From positions 7,056 to 71,055 of the forward strand of contig CALXQV010000043.1 in NCBI GenBank assembly GCA_944390535.1: a stretch of DNA of 64,000 nt, written 5' to 3'. Below the pieces are notes generated by a model that was given only the letters and a program-made list of their open reading frames with translations, ran no database searches and was not told where the DNA came from. This document shows positions 37,589 to 47,507 of this stretch, piece by piece. How positions within the stretch are numbered: the stretch's first letter is position 1; each line of letters starts with the position of its first letter. The translations under genes and the position numbers were made by a program. The DNA comes from an uncultured Clostridia bacterium. Its GTDB lineage: Bacteria > Bacillota > Clostridia > TANB77 > CAG-508.

Positions 37589-39313
37589 TTATCTTATTGT
37601 GAGACATATACGAAATCCGTTGCCACTAGGACTACCATTATATCCTGCAGTAGTAGCAAAGGTAAATAAACCTACATTCGTATTTTTATAATATCCTCCT
37701 CGTTGAAAAAACGGAAATGCATCTCCATCTTTAATACCTACAAATCGAGATAATACTGAATACCATGAACCAGTTTCACTTTCTGATGTTGATGTCTCTG
37801 TTGTTGCATCTCCAAATATTCTATTTATATTTACATTATAATTATCTGTTGAACTATTTGAAGTCGCCATCTGATACACTGTTGCGTATTTTGTGCTTTC
37901 TTTTTTATTATTTGTTTTATTATCTATTGAGGCAAATGAATTCCCATATGTCTGAGTAGAATCTGCAACATAGCTTGCTATATATTCATATGCCCCTCCT
38001 ACCATATCATATATTCCATATTCATTTCCTGTTGTGCTTTGTAATTTGTTTTTTGATGGTGTTGCTCCACTTGCTCCTCCAGTATAATAACCACTACTAC
38101 TATTTTTTGTTATTGCTGTTCCATTTCTTCCATATTTACTTTCTGTTAAATATGCTACTACTCCCCATTCACTATTTTTCATCAGATGGCTCTCTTTATC
38201 TCTATCATAGTCATATCCTTTGGTATACATTGTTCCTATTGTTGTACTCCTATAACTGGTTACTCCTGGTATTGATTTTATTGTTGTACCACTTTGGCTC
38301 ACCTCATATTTAGCTACCCATATTCCTTCTAATTTACTATCCCATTCTCCTTGTGAAAATCCTGTTAAAGTACCATTTTCAAATACTGGATGTACTCTTA
38401 ATTTATTTTTTCCTACTGCTACACCTGTTACAGGTTCTCCTAAATCACTTGGTGTTTTTCCTTCTATATTTACAATTCCTCTTGCATCACTATATCCTAC
38501 AATTCCTTCTGTTTTTGTGTTATCTGCTCTATATGCTTCTTTATGTTCTGGCGTATCAAAATATATAATTCTATATGCATATCTTGGTATCCATACCCAA
38601 TAACTACCATCTTTTGTTTTTGCATTTGCCCAATGGCTTGTTCCTCCTGATGCTGTTGTTCCAGCTTGTACTGTATATTGATACCAGTTATTTTCATCAA
38701 ATTCTGCTTCTCCTTCTTCTATTTCTGTTCCATCTTCTTCCCAATATACTTTTTTCATATCACTTGTCATTTTTGGCTCATTTGGTGTTGTTGCTATATC
38801 ATAACTTGTACCAGTTAAAAATTCTATCTCTATTAGCCCATTTGCTCTTGTAAAGGCAGGTTCTTTTGATACTTCTGGGGTTTTTTCTGGCTCTCTTATT
38901 GTATATTCTGTTACATTTCCCATTTTGTCTACAAAATAACTTCTCCCATTATCATAATTTTCTGTTATGGTTACAATGTATCCTTCCGTTCCCTCTTCAT
39001 TTGTTCCTGGCTCTACTATATATTTTCCATCAGTAAAATATTCTCCTAATTCTTTTTCCAAATTTTCTTGAATAACTTCATCTCCATCTGCTTTTGCTAG
39101 CGCTCCTAGCGCAGATAGCTCCACTTTTTCCTTTTCATCTGCTAGTTCTGTTTTCTCACTTGCTTCACTCGCTTTTGCTAATATTCCATTTTCCCCTGTT
39201 AGTGTTGCAATTGTTACGCCTGCTAATATAAGTAACACAATAATAGTTATGACTAATGCAATTAACGTAATCCCATTATCTATTTTACTTTTTTGTCTCT
39301 TTATTTTACTCAA
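37589..39313 (-). CDS. exported protein with pilin-like N-terminal segment and FGE/SUMF1-type C-terminal domain (paralog of 10934-12163)
   Basis: 574 aa, TTG start with a GGGGGA SD. N-terminus NGITLIALVITIIVLLILAGVTIATLTGENGILAKAS. C-terminal motifs WVAKYEVS, GIYDMVGGAYEYI, RGG and NGFRICL. Confidence 0.8.
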   Translation of the reverse strand: MSKIKRQKSKIDNGITLIALVITIIVLLILAGVTIATLTGENGILAKASEASEKTELADEKEKVELSALGALAKADGDEVIQENLEKELGEYFTDGKYIVEPGTNEEGTEGYIVTITENYDNGRSYFVDKMGNVTEYTIREPEKTPEVSKEPAFTRANGLIEIEFLTGTSYDIATTPNEPKMTSDMKKVYWEEDGTEIEEGEAEFDENNWYQYTVQAGTTASGGTSHWANAKTKDGSYWVWIPRYAYRIIYFDTPEHKEAYRADNTKTEGIVGYSDARGIVNIEGKTPSDLGEPVTGVAVGKNKLRVHPVFENGTLTGFSQGEWDSKLEGIWVAKYEVSQSGTTIKSIPGVTSYRSTTIGTMYTKGYDYDRDKESHLMKNSEWGVVAYLTESKYGRNGTAITKNSSSGYYTGGASGATPSKNKLQSTTGNEYGIYDMVGGAYEYIASYVADSTQTYGNSFASIDNKTNNKKESTKYATVYQMATSNSSTDNYNVNINRIFGDATTETSTSESETGSWYSVLSRFVGIKDGDAFPFFQRGGYYKNTNVGLFTFATTAGYNGSPSGNGFRICLTIR

Positions 39314-39431
39314 CCTTTTAAATCCCCCTTCTTTCGTTTTTTATTTCTACATAGTTTTCCTTTGTTTTACATTTTTGTAAATACTATTTGTTTCTTATTA
39401 TTTCTACTTATATGATAATCTATTCCTTTTT

Positions 39432-39460
39432 ATTCTACTTACTTTGTATAAATAAGTCAA
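39432..39460 (-). promoter_or_regulatory. candidate fixed sigma-A promoter facing 37589-39313, outside the invertible segment
   Basis: Minus strand: TTGACT (39460-39455), 17-nt spacer, TAGAAT (39437-39432). Confidence 0.4.
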
Positions 39461-39496
39461 TATATTGTCGTATTATATTTCCGCTTTTTTACTTGA

Positions 39497-39697
39497 ATTT
39501 CAATACTCTAGGAACATACAGTACTTTTCAAAACATTGGTATTTTAAGCTTATAAGGTTTTTACTATTTTAAAAACGCTTTTAATTCTTAAATTTTATAT
39601 ATGTTTTTTTCTTAATTTTTTTCGTATCTTTTTATTGACTTTATTAATCTATATTGTTAAAATTTAGATGTAAAAAATGTTCCTAGAGTATTGAAAT
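39497..39697. promoter_or_regulatory. putative invertible DNA switch (inverton) bounded by 21-bp perfect inverted repeats
   Basis: ATTTCAATACTCTAGGAACAT (39497-39517) and its exact reverse complement (39677-39697) flank 159 bp that contain a strong promoter. Confidence 0.65.
39635..39663 (+). promoter_or_regulatory. near-consensus extended -10 promoter inside the invertible segment, facing away from 37589-39313
   Basis: TTGACT (39635-39640), 17-nt spacer, TGtTAAAAT (39655-39663). Confidence 0.6.
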
Positions 39698-39802
39698 CTA
39701 CGAACATTTTTATTTTTTAATGTATTTGAACTATAAATTCTCTTTCTATTTTTAAGTCATTTTTTTATTTTTACCTAGTCGTATTCATAACAATTATTAG
39801 CA

Positions 39803-39840
39803 AAAATAGGTACTCAATTTTAATTTTGAATACCTATTTT
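39803..39840. terminator. hairpin terminator 3' of mfd
   Basis: AAAATAGGTACTCAA / TTGAATACCTATTTT stem (1 mismatch), A/T-flanked on both sides. Confidence 0.55.
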
Positions 39841-39881
39841 TATTAAATTATATCATGAGACATAACTTCAAATATATTAAA

Positions 39882-42800
39882 CTATATTAACTTAGTCATT
39901 CTGTTTTTTAATAAATTTAAGAACTCTGTTACATCATTCAAAATCTTTATTTCGTTATCTGTACCAATTTCTAAAGTAATCATAGGTTTAATCCCTGCTG
40001 AAAATTTTAATCTGTTTCCATATTCTTTCACTAATTCTACCACATCATATTCAAATTGACTTTCTTCAAAAGTAAAAACAACCGCTGTTTTCTTGCTTGC
40101 AATTTTAGAAATATGAAATGTTTTTGCTAAATATTTAATTCTTGCAATATCAATCAAATTCTCTAATTCAGCTGGCATGTTACCAAATCTATCAATAATT
40201 TCATCAATCACATTTTGAATATCCTCTTCATTTTTACATAACGCAATATCTTGATAAATTTCAATTTTTTGATTAGCATCTGAAATATAGTCATCTGGAA
40301 TATAGCTTGTAACATTCAAATCTATTTGAATATCTACCTCTGGTTTTATTTCAATTCCCTTCATTTCTTTGATAACTTCATCTAATAAGTTACAATATGT
40401 ATCATAACCAACTTGCTCCAAATGTCCTGATTGAATTTCTCCTAGTAAACTTCCTGCTCCTCTAATTTCTAAATCACGCATGGCAATTTTAAAACCTGAG
40501 CCAAACTCTGTAAATTCTTTGATTGCTTTTAATCTTTTATCTGCTACTTCTGATAACAATTTGTCTCGTTTATAAGTAATATATGCATAGGCTTGCCTAT
40601 CACTTCTTCCTACTCTTCCTCGTATTTGATATAACTGTGCTAGTCCCATTCTATCTGCATTTTCAACAATAATGGTGTTCGCATTTGGAATATCAATTCC
40701 AGATTCCAAAATAGTTGTACATACCAATACATTTGATTTCTTTTGAATAAAATCATTCATAATTTCTTCAATCTGGTTTCCTGACATTTGTCCATGTGCA
40801 TAAGAAACTTCAGCCTCTGGTACTAATCTTGATATCTCATCCGCTTTCCTTTGGATATTTTCCACATTGTTAAAGATATAAAATACTTGACCATCTCTTT
40901 CTAATTCCTTGGTTATTGCTTCTTTTATGACTTCTTTATCATATTCTAATACATAGGTTTGTACAGGTCTTCTATTTTGTGGTGGTTCATATATAACAGA
41001 CATATCTCTTACTCCCACAATAGACATATGTAATGTTCTTGGAATTGGTGTGGCTGTCATTGTTAACACATCCACATTGGTTTTATATTGTTTAATCTTT
41101 TCTTTATCTTTTACACCAAATCGATGCTCTTCATCGATAATGAGTAATCCTAAGTCTTTAAATTCCACATCTTTGCTAAGGATTCTGTGTGTTCCAATAA
41201 CAACATCTACTTCTCCCAATTTTAAACCTTTTATCACTTCTTTTTGATATTTTGCAGATTTAAATCTGTTTAGAATTTCTACTTTTATAGGATATTCTTT
41301 CATTCTTTCTTTAAATTCTTGATATTGTTGTTCTGCTAAAACGGTTGTTGGTGCTAAATATGCCACTTGTTTTTGGTCCATAACCGCTTTAAATGCTGCC
41401 CTTATAGCTACTTCTGTTTTACCATATCCAACATCCCCACATAATAATCTATCCATTGGTTTTGGCTCTTCCATATCTTTTTTAACTTCTTCTATGCAAC
41501 GTAGTTGGTCATCTGTTTCTTGGTATGGAAATTTTGATTCAAATTCATTTTGCCAAGGGGTATCTTTACTAAAGTTAAATCCTTGTGATTTTTCTCTCTT
41601 AGCATATAATTCGATTAATTCTGTTGCCACTTCTCGTAAATTTTTCTTGACCCTTGTTTTGGTATTTTCCCATTCTTTGCTTCCTAATCGATTAATCTTA
41701 GGACTGATTTTGTCTCCACCTACATATTTTCGAATCATATCCATTTGATTGGTTGGTACATATAAAATATCATCATTTTTGTATTTAATTTTAATATAGT
41801 CTTTAATGGTTCCATCTGCTTTAATCGTATTGACACCAATATAGATACCAATTCCATAGGTTTTATGAACGACATAATCTCCTATTTTTAAATCAGCAAA
41901 TACAACCTTTTCACCTTCACTATATGCGGAATGAACTGCTTTTCTTTTTCTCTTTTCCCCACTAATCAATTCATCTGCTGAAATAACTAATTGATTAATT
42001 TCATAATTTTCAAAACCAGAAGATATTTTCCCAATTCCTATGGTAACAACTTTTTCGACTGTTTTTACCACAATGGTTTTGTCTAATTTTTCTTCTATGT
42101 TACAAATAATATTTTCTTTTTCTAGGATTTCCTTTAATTTTTTTGCCTTTTCTTTATTCTCTACTAAGATATATACACTCTTTTTTTGCTTTAAGGCTTC
42201 TTTCAATTCTTGGAATAGATTTTCAATCTCACTTTTATAAAAGTTAACTTCTCGATATTGGAAAACATATTTTTCTGCTTGTTTATTGGTTATACTATCT
42301 TGTTTTTCTAAATAAATTAAGTTTCTTTTTCCATTTTTTAAACTGTCTTCAATTTCTTCATATTCAGCTGTGTTTTCTAAACTTTGAGGAATCATTTTTC
42401 CTTTTTCTATCAAAGCATTAAATAAATTTTTTCTATCTTGTTTTATATTGTCTGTTCTTTGTTCTATTTTTCTTTCTTCATCTAATGCAATAATATATTT
42501 ATCAGATAAATAGTCTAATAAAGTAACAGAATGTGTATAGAAACAATCAAAATATTTATCCATTTTACTGATATAGTTCCCGCCAATAATTTGCTCTATA
42601 TCTTCTTCTATAATTTCTTCTTGTTTTTCATTCATGCTTAAATTTTTAATCTGTTCACATACTCGGTCTATCGGTTGTTCTAATATATATTCATGCGCTG
42701 GATAAATCTCTACTTTTTCTAAAGTGTTAATAGACCTTTGGCTAACGATGGCAAAATTTCTAATAGAGTCTACTTCATCTCCCCAAAATTCTATTCTAAC

Positions 42801-43343
42801 ACCAATTTTATCAGAAACAGAAATATCTAAAATACCACCTCTAATGCTAAATTGCCCTCTTCCTTCTATTAAATCACATCTCACATATCCTAAATTGACT
42901 AATGTTTTCTTTATATCTTCTAAAGAATAGATATCTCCTACTTTAAAATGTAATAGATTTTTAAATAGAACTTCTTTTGGCGGTAATTTTTGCATTAAAG
43001 CTTCTATTGTTGTCACAATGATTGGATTTCTTTTTTCTCTTATTTTACTTAATACTTCTATTCTTTCATATGGCAAATCTTTGCTTTCTGCAATATAGTC
43101 ATATGTGACAATTTCCTTTTTAGGGAAGATGTCTCCTCTATCTGTAAAAGCTTTTATATTGTTGACAATTTCTTTTGCTTGAATCTCATTATATGTAACA
43201 ATAAGGATTGGTCTTTTGGCATATTCATTGATACCAGCTAATATTTCTACCATTCCTACGCCAGTTAAGCCCGATAACATAATCGGACTTTTTTCATTTT
43301 CAATTTGGTTTATTAATGTCACAAACTTTCCGAGATTTTCCAA
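39882..43343 (-). CDS. mfd: transcription-repair coupling factor
   Basis: 1153 aa. CarD/RNAP-interacting domain, superfamily-2 helicase motifs (LLCGDVGYGKTEVA, DEEHRFG) and TRCF C-terminal domain. Only a TTG start is available in frame. Confidence 0.95.
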   Translation of the reverse strand: MENLGKFVTLINQIENEKSPIMLSGLTGVGMVEILAGINEYAKRPILIVTYNEIQAKEIVNNIKAFTDRGDIFPKKEIVTYDYIAESKDLPYERIEVLSKIREKRNPIIVTTIEALMQKLPPKEVLFKNLLHFKVGDIYSLEDIKKTLVNLGYVRCDLIEGRGQFSIRGGILDISVSDKIGVRIEFWGDEVDSIRNFAIVSQRSINTLEKVEIYPAHEYILEQPIDRVCEQIKNLSMNEKQEEIIEEDIEQIIGGNYISKMDKYFDCFYTHSVTLLDYLSDKYIIALDEERKIEQRTDNIKQDRKNLFNALIEKGKMIPQSLENTAEYEEIEDSLKNGKRNLIYLEKQDSITNKQAEKYVFQYREVNFYKSEIENLFQELKEALKQKKSVYILVENKEKAKKLKEILEKENIICNIEEKLDKTIVVKTVEKVVTIGIGKISSGFENYEINQLVISADELISGEKRKRKAVHSAYSEGEKVVFADLKIGDYVVHKTYGIGIYIGVNTIKADGTIKDYIKIKYKNDDILYVPTNQMDMIRKYVGGDKISPKINRLGSKEWENTKTRVKKNLREVATELIELYAKREKSQGFNFSKDTPWQNEFESKFPYQETDDQLRCIEEVKKDMEEPKPMDRLLCGDVGYGKTEVAIRAAFKAVMDQKQVAYLAPTTVLAEQQYQEFKERMKEYPIKVEILNRFKSAKYQKEVIKGLKLGEVDVVIGTHRILSKDVEFKDLGLLIIDEEHRFGVKDKEKIKQYKTNVDVLTMTATPIPRTLHMSIVGVRDMSVIYEPPQNRRPVQTYVLEYDKEVIKEAITKELERDGQVFYIFNNVENIQRKADEISRLVPEAEVSYAHGQMSGNQIEEIMNDFIQKKSNVLVCTTILESGIDIPNANTIIVENADRMGLAQLYQIRGRVGRSDRQAYAYITYKRDKLLSEVADKRLKAIKEFTEFGSGFKIAMRDLEIRGAGSLLGEIQSGHLEQVGYDTYCNLLDEVIKEMKGIEIKPEVDIQIDLNVTSYIPDDYISDANQKIEIYQDIALCKNEEDIQNVIDEIIDRFGNMPAELENLIDIARIKYLAKTFHISKIASKKTAVVFTFEESQFEYDVVELVKEYGNRLKFSAGIKPMITLEIGTDNEIKILNDVTEFLNLLKNRMTKLI

Positions 43344-43547
43344 GCTCTCCTAATATTGTATTCATTTTCTTCTCCTTGTTTGTTTGATTTTTATATTATA
43401 CTACATTTTTTCAGAAAGATAAATAGTTTGCAACTACATTTTTTGATTATTTATTTGAACATTGGAGACATGTAAATCATTCCATTTTCTAGGAATAAAT
43501 TGCTAAATATGGCATATACTAAACATTGTATAAAGGAGCGATTTATT

Positions 43548-44447
43548 ATGAATGATTACCCATTTATTCCCTATTACAATTTTGAAACTGTATGCAATCA
43601 GCAACCCATCACCTTTCCCCCTCAACATCAATCTGTTCAACCAGGTATAGAAAGTGAAATGAATCCACTTCCTATTTTTGATAATCAACACTATGTACCA
43701 AGTGGTAAATTGCAGGGAAAAGTCGCTATTATTTCTGGTGGTGATAGTGGAATTGGTAGAGCTGTTAGTGTTCTATTTGCAAAAGAAGGATCAGATATTG
43801 TTATTGTTTACTTAAATGAACATGAAGATGCTAAATACACCAAAGAAGTCATTGAATATTATGGCAGAAAATGTCTATTAATTGCATGTGATTTAAGAAA
43901 AGAAGAAGCCTCTAATCAAGTCATTACTGAAACTTTAAAAACCTTTGGCAAAGTCGATATATTAGTTAACAATTGTGGTGTACAATTCCCACAAAATAGT
44001 ATATTAGATATTTCTAGTGAGCAATTAAAAAATACTTTTGAGACAAATATTTTTTCTTTTTTCTATCTAACAAAAGCTGTGCTTCCTTATTTAGAAAGCA
44101 ATGCTAGTATTATTAATACTTCTTCTATTACAGCTTTTGATGGAAAGAAAAACTTGATTGATTATTCTGCTACAAAAGGCGCTATTACTGTTTTTACTAA
44201 GTCACTAGCCTTATCTTTAGCAGATAGTAACATACGTGTAAATGCTGTGGCACCTGGTCCTATTTGGACACCACTAATTCCTGCTTCCTTTACAGCTGAA
44301 GAAGTTTCTATTTTTGGAACAGAAACACCATTAAAAAGAGCAGGTCAGCCTTTTGAACTTGCCCCTGCTTATCTATATCTAGCTTCTGATGATTCTCGCT
44401 ATGTTACTGGTCAAATTATTCATGTCAATGGTGGTACTATTGTGTAA
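43548..44447 (+). CDS. SDR family oxidoreductase (YhdF/general-stress-protein-39 type)
   Basis: Start at the ATG preceded by AAAGGAG. TGxxxGIG-type motif ISGGDSGIGRA, with NNCG and YSATKGA catalytic motifs. Confidence 0.85.
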   Translation: MNDYPFIPYYNFETVCNQQPITFPPQHQSVQPGIESEMNPLPIFDNQHYVPSGKLQGKVAIISGGDSGIGRAVSVLFAKEGSDIVIVYLNEHEDAKYTKEVIEYYGRKCLLIACDLRKEEASNQVITETLKTFGKVDILVNNCGVQFPQNSILDISSEQLKNTFETNIFSFFYLTKAVLPYLESNASIINTSSITAFDGKKNLIDYSATKGAITVFTKSLALSLADSNIRVNAVAPGPIWTPLIPASFTAEEVSIFGTETPLKRAGQPFELAPAYLYLASDDSRYVTGQIIHVNGGTIV

Positions 44448-44482
44448 ACATTGGGAATGTGTCAAACCATTTCCAATGTTTA
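44447..44482. terminator. shared hairpin terminator between convergent SDR and topB genes
   Basis: AAACATTGGGAATG / CATTTCCAATGTTT stem (one G-U pair) overlapping both stop codons. Confidence 0.55.
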
Positions 44483-46483
44483 CATTTTAACCACCAATTT
44501 ATTAAATTTACTATGAATATAATTTTCTAACTTTGTCATAAATTCATCTGGTTTAATTTCTTTTTTTGCTACCATGTCTAATCCCTTTTCCCAACTAGCT
44601 GTTAATTTGGGATTTAACATATCTGGCATAGACTGCATAACAATATCATAGATATATTCTCCTTTTTGACTAGGTGTAATAATTTGTGTTTTACTATTAA
44701 TTTCTATGTAATTAATTTTTTCCAATTTTTTGATAATTTCTCCTCTTGTTGCACTTGTACCAATTCCAGCACCTTTTATTTGTTCCCTCAATTCCTCTTC
44801 TTCTATTAATTTTCCTGCATTTTCCATTGCTAAAATAATAGAACCTGAGTTATATCTATTCGGTGGTGAAGTTTCTGCTTCCTTGATTTCAAAGTTTTTT
44901 ATCAAAACCTCTTGTCCTTTTTTTAATTTTTTCAAAACCTCTAAATCTGATACTTTATTTTCACTATTTTCCTTTTCTTTATCTGTATTTTCCACATCTT
45001 GCTCACTATTTGTGGATTTCTTCTTTTTATTTTCTTTATCTACTGGTTTTAAGATTTCTAAAAATCCTTGGTTGATACATACTCTTCCACTTGTAGTAAA
45101 GGTTTCTCTTTTTTCTTTATCCATTTCTACTTCAATTGTTAATTGTATTTTATTGTATTCTGCTGGTGGATAGAAAATTGCTAAGAAACGTTTTACAATC
45201 ACTAAATAAATATCTTTTTGCAACTGTGGTAAACCATCAAAATTTTCATATCCTTGTCCTGTTGGAATAATGGCATAGTGGTCTGTAATTTTACTATCAT
45301 TCACATATTTTGTTTTTGCTAAATTCGTAGAATATTTTTCTTGTACCATTTTTTTAATATATCCTTGTATTTCTTCATCTTTACATCCTTTTGCAATTCC
45401 ATTTAAGTTTTTATTGATTTCTTTACTAACTGCTGTTGATAACACCCTTGCATCTGTTCTAGGATATGTCACTAATTTTTTTTCATATAAATTTTGAATA
45501 ATCTCTAATGTTTCATCTGGCTTTATTTTAAATCTCTTGGTACATTCATTTTGGATTTCTGCTAAGTTGAATAATAATGGGGCATTTTCTTTTTGTTTAG
45601 ATTTTTTCAGTTCTGTTATAACTGCTTTTTTGTCACTTAACTGTTGTATAAATGCTTTGGCATCTGTTTCTTTTTTGAATCCTGTTTCATTATATAGTTT
45701 GGGAGATTCCCATACAATGGATTTTTCTGTTGCTTTCCAGTCTGCCTTAAAGGAAGCTTGTTCTTCTCCAAATTCTCCTATAATTTTATAATATTTTGTT
45801 TTTACAAAATTCCTTATTTCTCTTTCGCGAGATACCACCATTCCTAACACACAAGTCATAACTCTTCCAACAGAAATAGATGCCCTATCTTCTTGAATAT
45901 TTTGGGCTAATCTTCTTCCAAATATGATAGATAACAGTCTAGAAAAATTAATTCCAATCAAATAATCTTCCTTTGCCCTTAAATAGGCACTATCTGATAA
46001 ACTATCATATTCTGACATGTCTTTTGCTTCTCGAATCCCTCTTAAGATTTCTTCTTCTGTTTGTGAATCTATCCATACCCTTTTCATTTTTGCTTTTGGA
46101 TTTGGTTTTGCCATCATAAACACAAGTCTTTGTATATATTCTCCTTCTCTTCCAGAGTCTCCCGCGTTATATATTTCTTCTATATCTTCTCTTTGTAATA
46201 ATTGTTGTACAATATGAAATTGATTTTGTACTTGTGGTATAATTTCATATTTCCATTCCTCTGGAATAAATGGTAATGTATCTAATCTCCAAAGCTTTAA
46301 TTTTTCATCATATTTTTCTGGATAACTCATAGTCACTAAATGACCTACACACCATGTAATAATCCAATCACTAGATTCTAAGTAACCATTTTTCCTGCTA
46401 GTTGTTATTTTTAATGCCTTTGCAAATTCCATTGCCACAGATGGCTTTTCTGTTATAATTAATTTCTTACTCAATGTAATCAT
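44480..46483 (-). CDS. topB: type IA DNA topoisomerase (topoisomerase III)
   Basis: 667 aa. Toprim N-terminus (LIITEKPSVA), DxD-type acidic motif (AGDSGREGE) and catalytic Tyr region (LVTYPRTDAR). Confidence 0.9.
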   Translation of the reverse strand: MITLSKKLIITEKPSVAMEFAKALKITTSRKNGYLESSDWIITWCVGHLVTMSYPEKYDEKLKLWRLDTLPFIPEEWKYEIIPQVQNQFHIVQQLLQREDIEEIYNAGDSGREGEYIQRLVFMMAKPNPKAKMKRVWIDSQTEEEILRGIREAKDMSEYDSLSDSAYLRAKEDYLIGINFSRLLSIIFGRRLAQNIQEDRASISVGRVMTCVLGMVVSREREIRNFVKTKYYKIIGEFGEEQASFKADWKATEKSIVWESPKLYNETGFKKETDAKAFIQQLSDKKAVITELKKSKQKENAPLLFNLAEIQNECTKRFKIKPDETLEIIQNLYEKKLVTYPRTDARVLSTAVSKEINKNLNGIAKGCKDEEIQGYIKKMVQEKYSTNLAKTKYVNDSKITDHYAIIPTGQGYENFDGLPQLQKDIYLVIVKRFLAIFYPPAEYNKIQLTIEVEMDKEKRETFTTSGRVCINQGFLEILKPVDKENKKKKSTNSEQDVENTDKEKENSENKVSDLEVLKKLKKGQEVLIKNFEIKEAETSPPNRYNSGSIILAMENAGKLIEEEELREQIKGAGIGTSATRGEIIKKLEKINYIEINSKTQIITPSQKGEYIYDIVMQSMPDMLNPKLTASWEKGLDMVAKKEIKPDEFMTKLENYIHSKFNKLVVKM

Positions 46484-46559
46484 CCTTTTATTTTTTCATT
46501 ATATCGTGTTCAAATGTTATATCATATTTTTCTCGTTGGTTGAAATTTATTACCTATTT

Positions 46560-47345
46560 TTATTTTATTGTTTTCATATAATGAACAACTTTACGATATA
46601 TGTTTTGATATTGCTCCATGGTTTCTGGATTATGAAACATAAATCGGTTATATATCTTTTCTATATAATTTTGTTGCTTGATAAATTCAATACTTTCTGG
46701 AAAGTTAAAATCAAAAATATAGGCAAAATGTCCCACTAAACTATCAGCACTTGTTTTTCTCTTATGATAATCAATTCTTCCATTTTCCATAAATTCTTTA
46801 TAAATTTCTTCAGTAATGACATCATCTGATAAATCAGCTTTTTCCCAAGCTGTTTCTTTCTTCTCATATGTTAATATATTTAATATATCCATCTTATCAC
46901 TATCTCTTACGATTTTGATATGTAATAACTCTCTAGTTGTTAGGTTATCTGGAATATCTAATTTATCTTTATTATGATAATAAATGGCATTTTTAATAAT
47001 ATGATCATATTGATTATCTTCTATAAATTTTCGAATCATTCCATCTTGTTTATTAAATAACACATGAACACCATATTCCCCATGATTTACACTTTTTTTA
47101 TCATTAAATGTATTAAATTGCTTAATTTGTTCAAATCTTCCTATATCATGAAGCAATCCTATTAACTCTGCCAATTTTACATCTTCCTCCGCAAGTTCTA
47201 ATTTTGTAGCTAATTTTTTGGCAACTTGTGAAACTCTTTCTATATGCTCAATTTTCATCTTTATTTTATCATTTTTCACATCATATGGTTTTACATATTC
47301 TGCAAATGCTTTTTTAGCTTTTAGAATATCTATCATGATTTTCAC
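46560..47345 (-). CDS. HD domain phosphohydrolase
   Basis: 261 aa. H...HD motif (GLLHDIGR) and a downstream H/D residue pattern. Confidence 0.8.
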   Translation of the reverse strand: MKIMIDILKAKKAFAEYVKPYDVKNDKIKMKIEHIERVSQVAKKLATKLELAEEDVKLAELIGLLHDIGRFEQIKQFNTFNDKKSVNHGEYGVHVLFNKQDGMIRKFIEDNQYDHIIKNAIYYHNKDKLDIPDNLTTRELLHIKIVRDSDKMDILNILTYEKKETAWEKADLSDDVITEEIYKEFMENGRIDYHKRKTSADSLVGHFAYIFDFNFPESIEFIKQQNYIEKIYNRFMFHNPETMEQYQNIYRKVVHYMKTIK

Positions 47346-47441
47346 CTCGTTATGTATTCTATCATTTTCATTTTATTATTTCAATAGTTACAATTCAGTA
47401 ACATTTAAGATACGGATTTCTCAATAATTCGCCTTTTTCTC

Positions 47442-47470
47442 TTGAAACTCTTAGTTTTTTGTTATATAAT
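47442..47470 (+). promoter_or_regulatory. candidate sigma-A promoter of leuS
   Basis: TTGAAA (47442-47447), 17-nt spacer, TATAAT (47465-47470). Confidence 0.5.
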
Positions 47471-47507
47471 ACGGGCTATATAACATTTGAAAGGACGGAT
47501 AAAAATT

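Noticed and set aside
37765-38853. Series of plus-strand ORFs (64-112 aa) rich in L, H, Y and F, antisense to 37589-39313
   Set aside because: These are typical antisense shadow ORFs of a Gly/Thr/Glu/Tyr-rich gene. They are low-complexity, have no SDs and are mutually overlapping. The minus-strand gene has clear domain signatures.
47346-47507. T-box leader upstream of leuS
   Set aside because: Only 162 nt are available, and a good promoter at 47442-47470 leaves a ~35-nt 5' UTR. No specifier-loop or T-box sequence (AANNNGGUGGNACCGCG-like) was seen.
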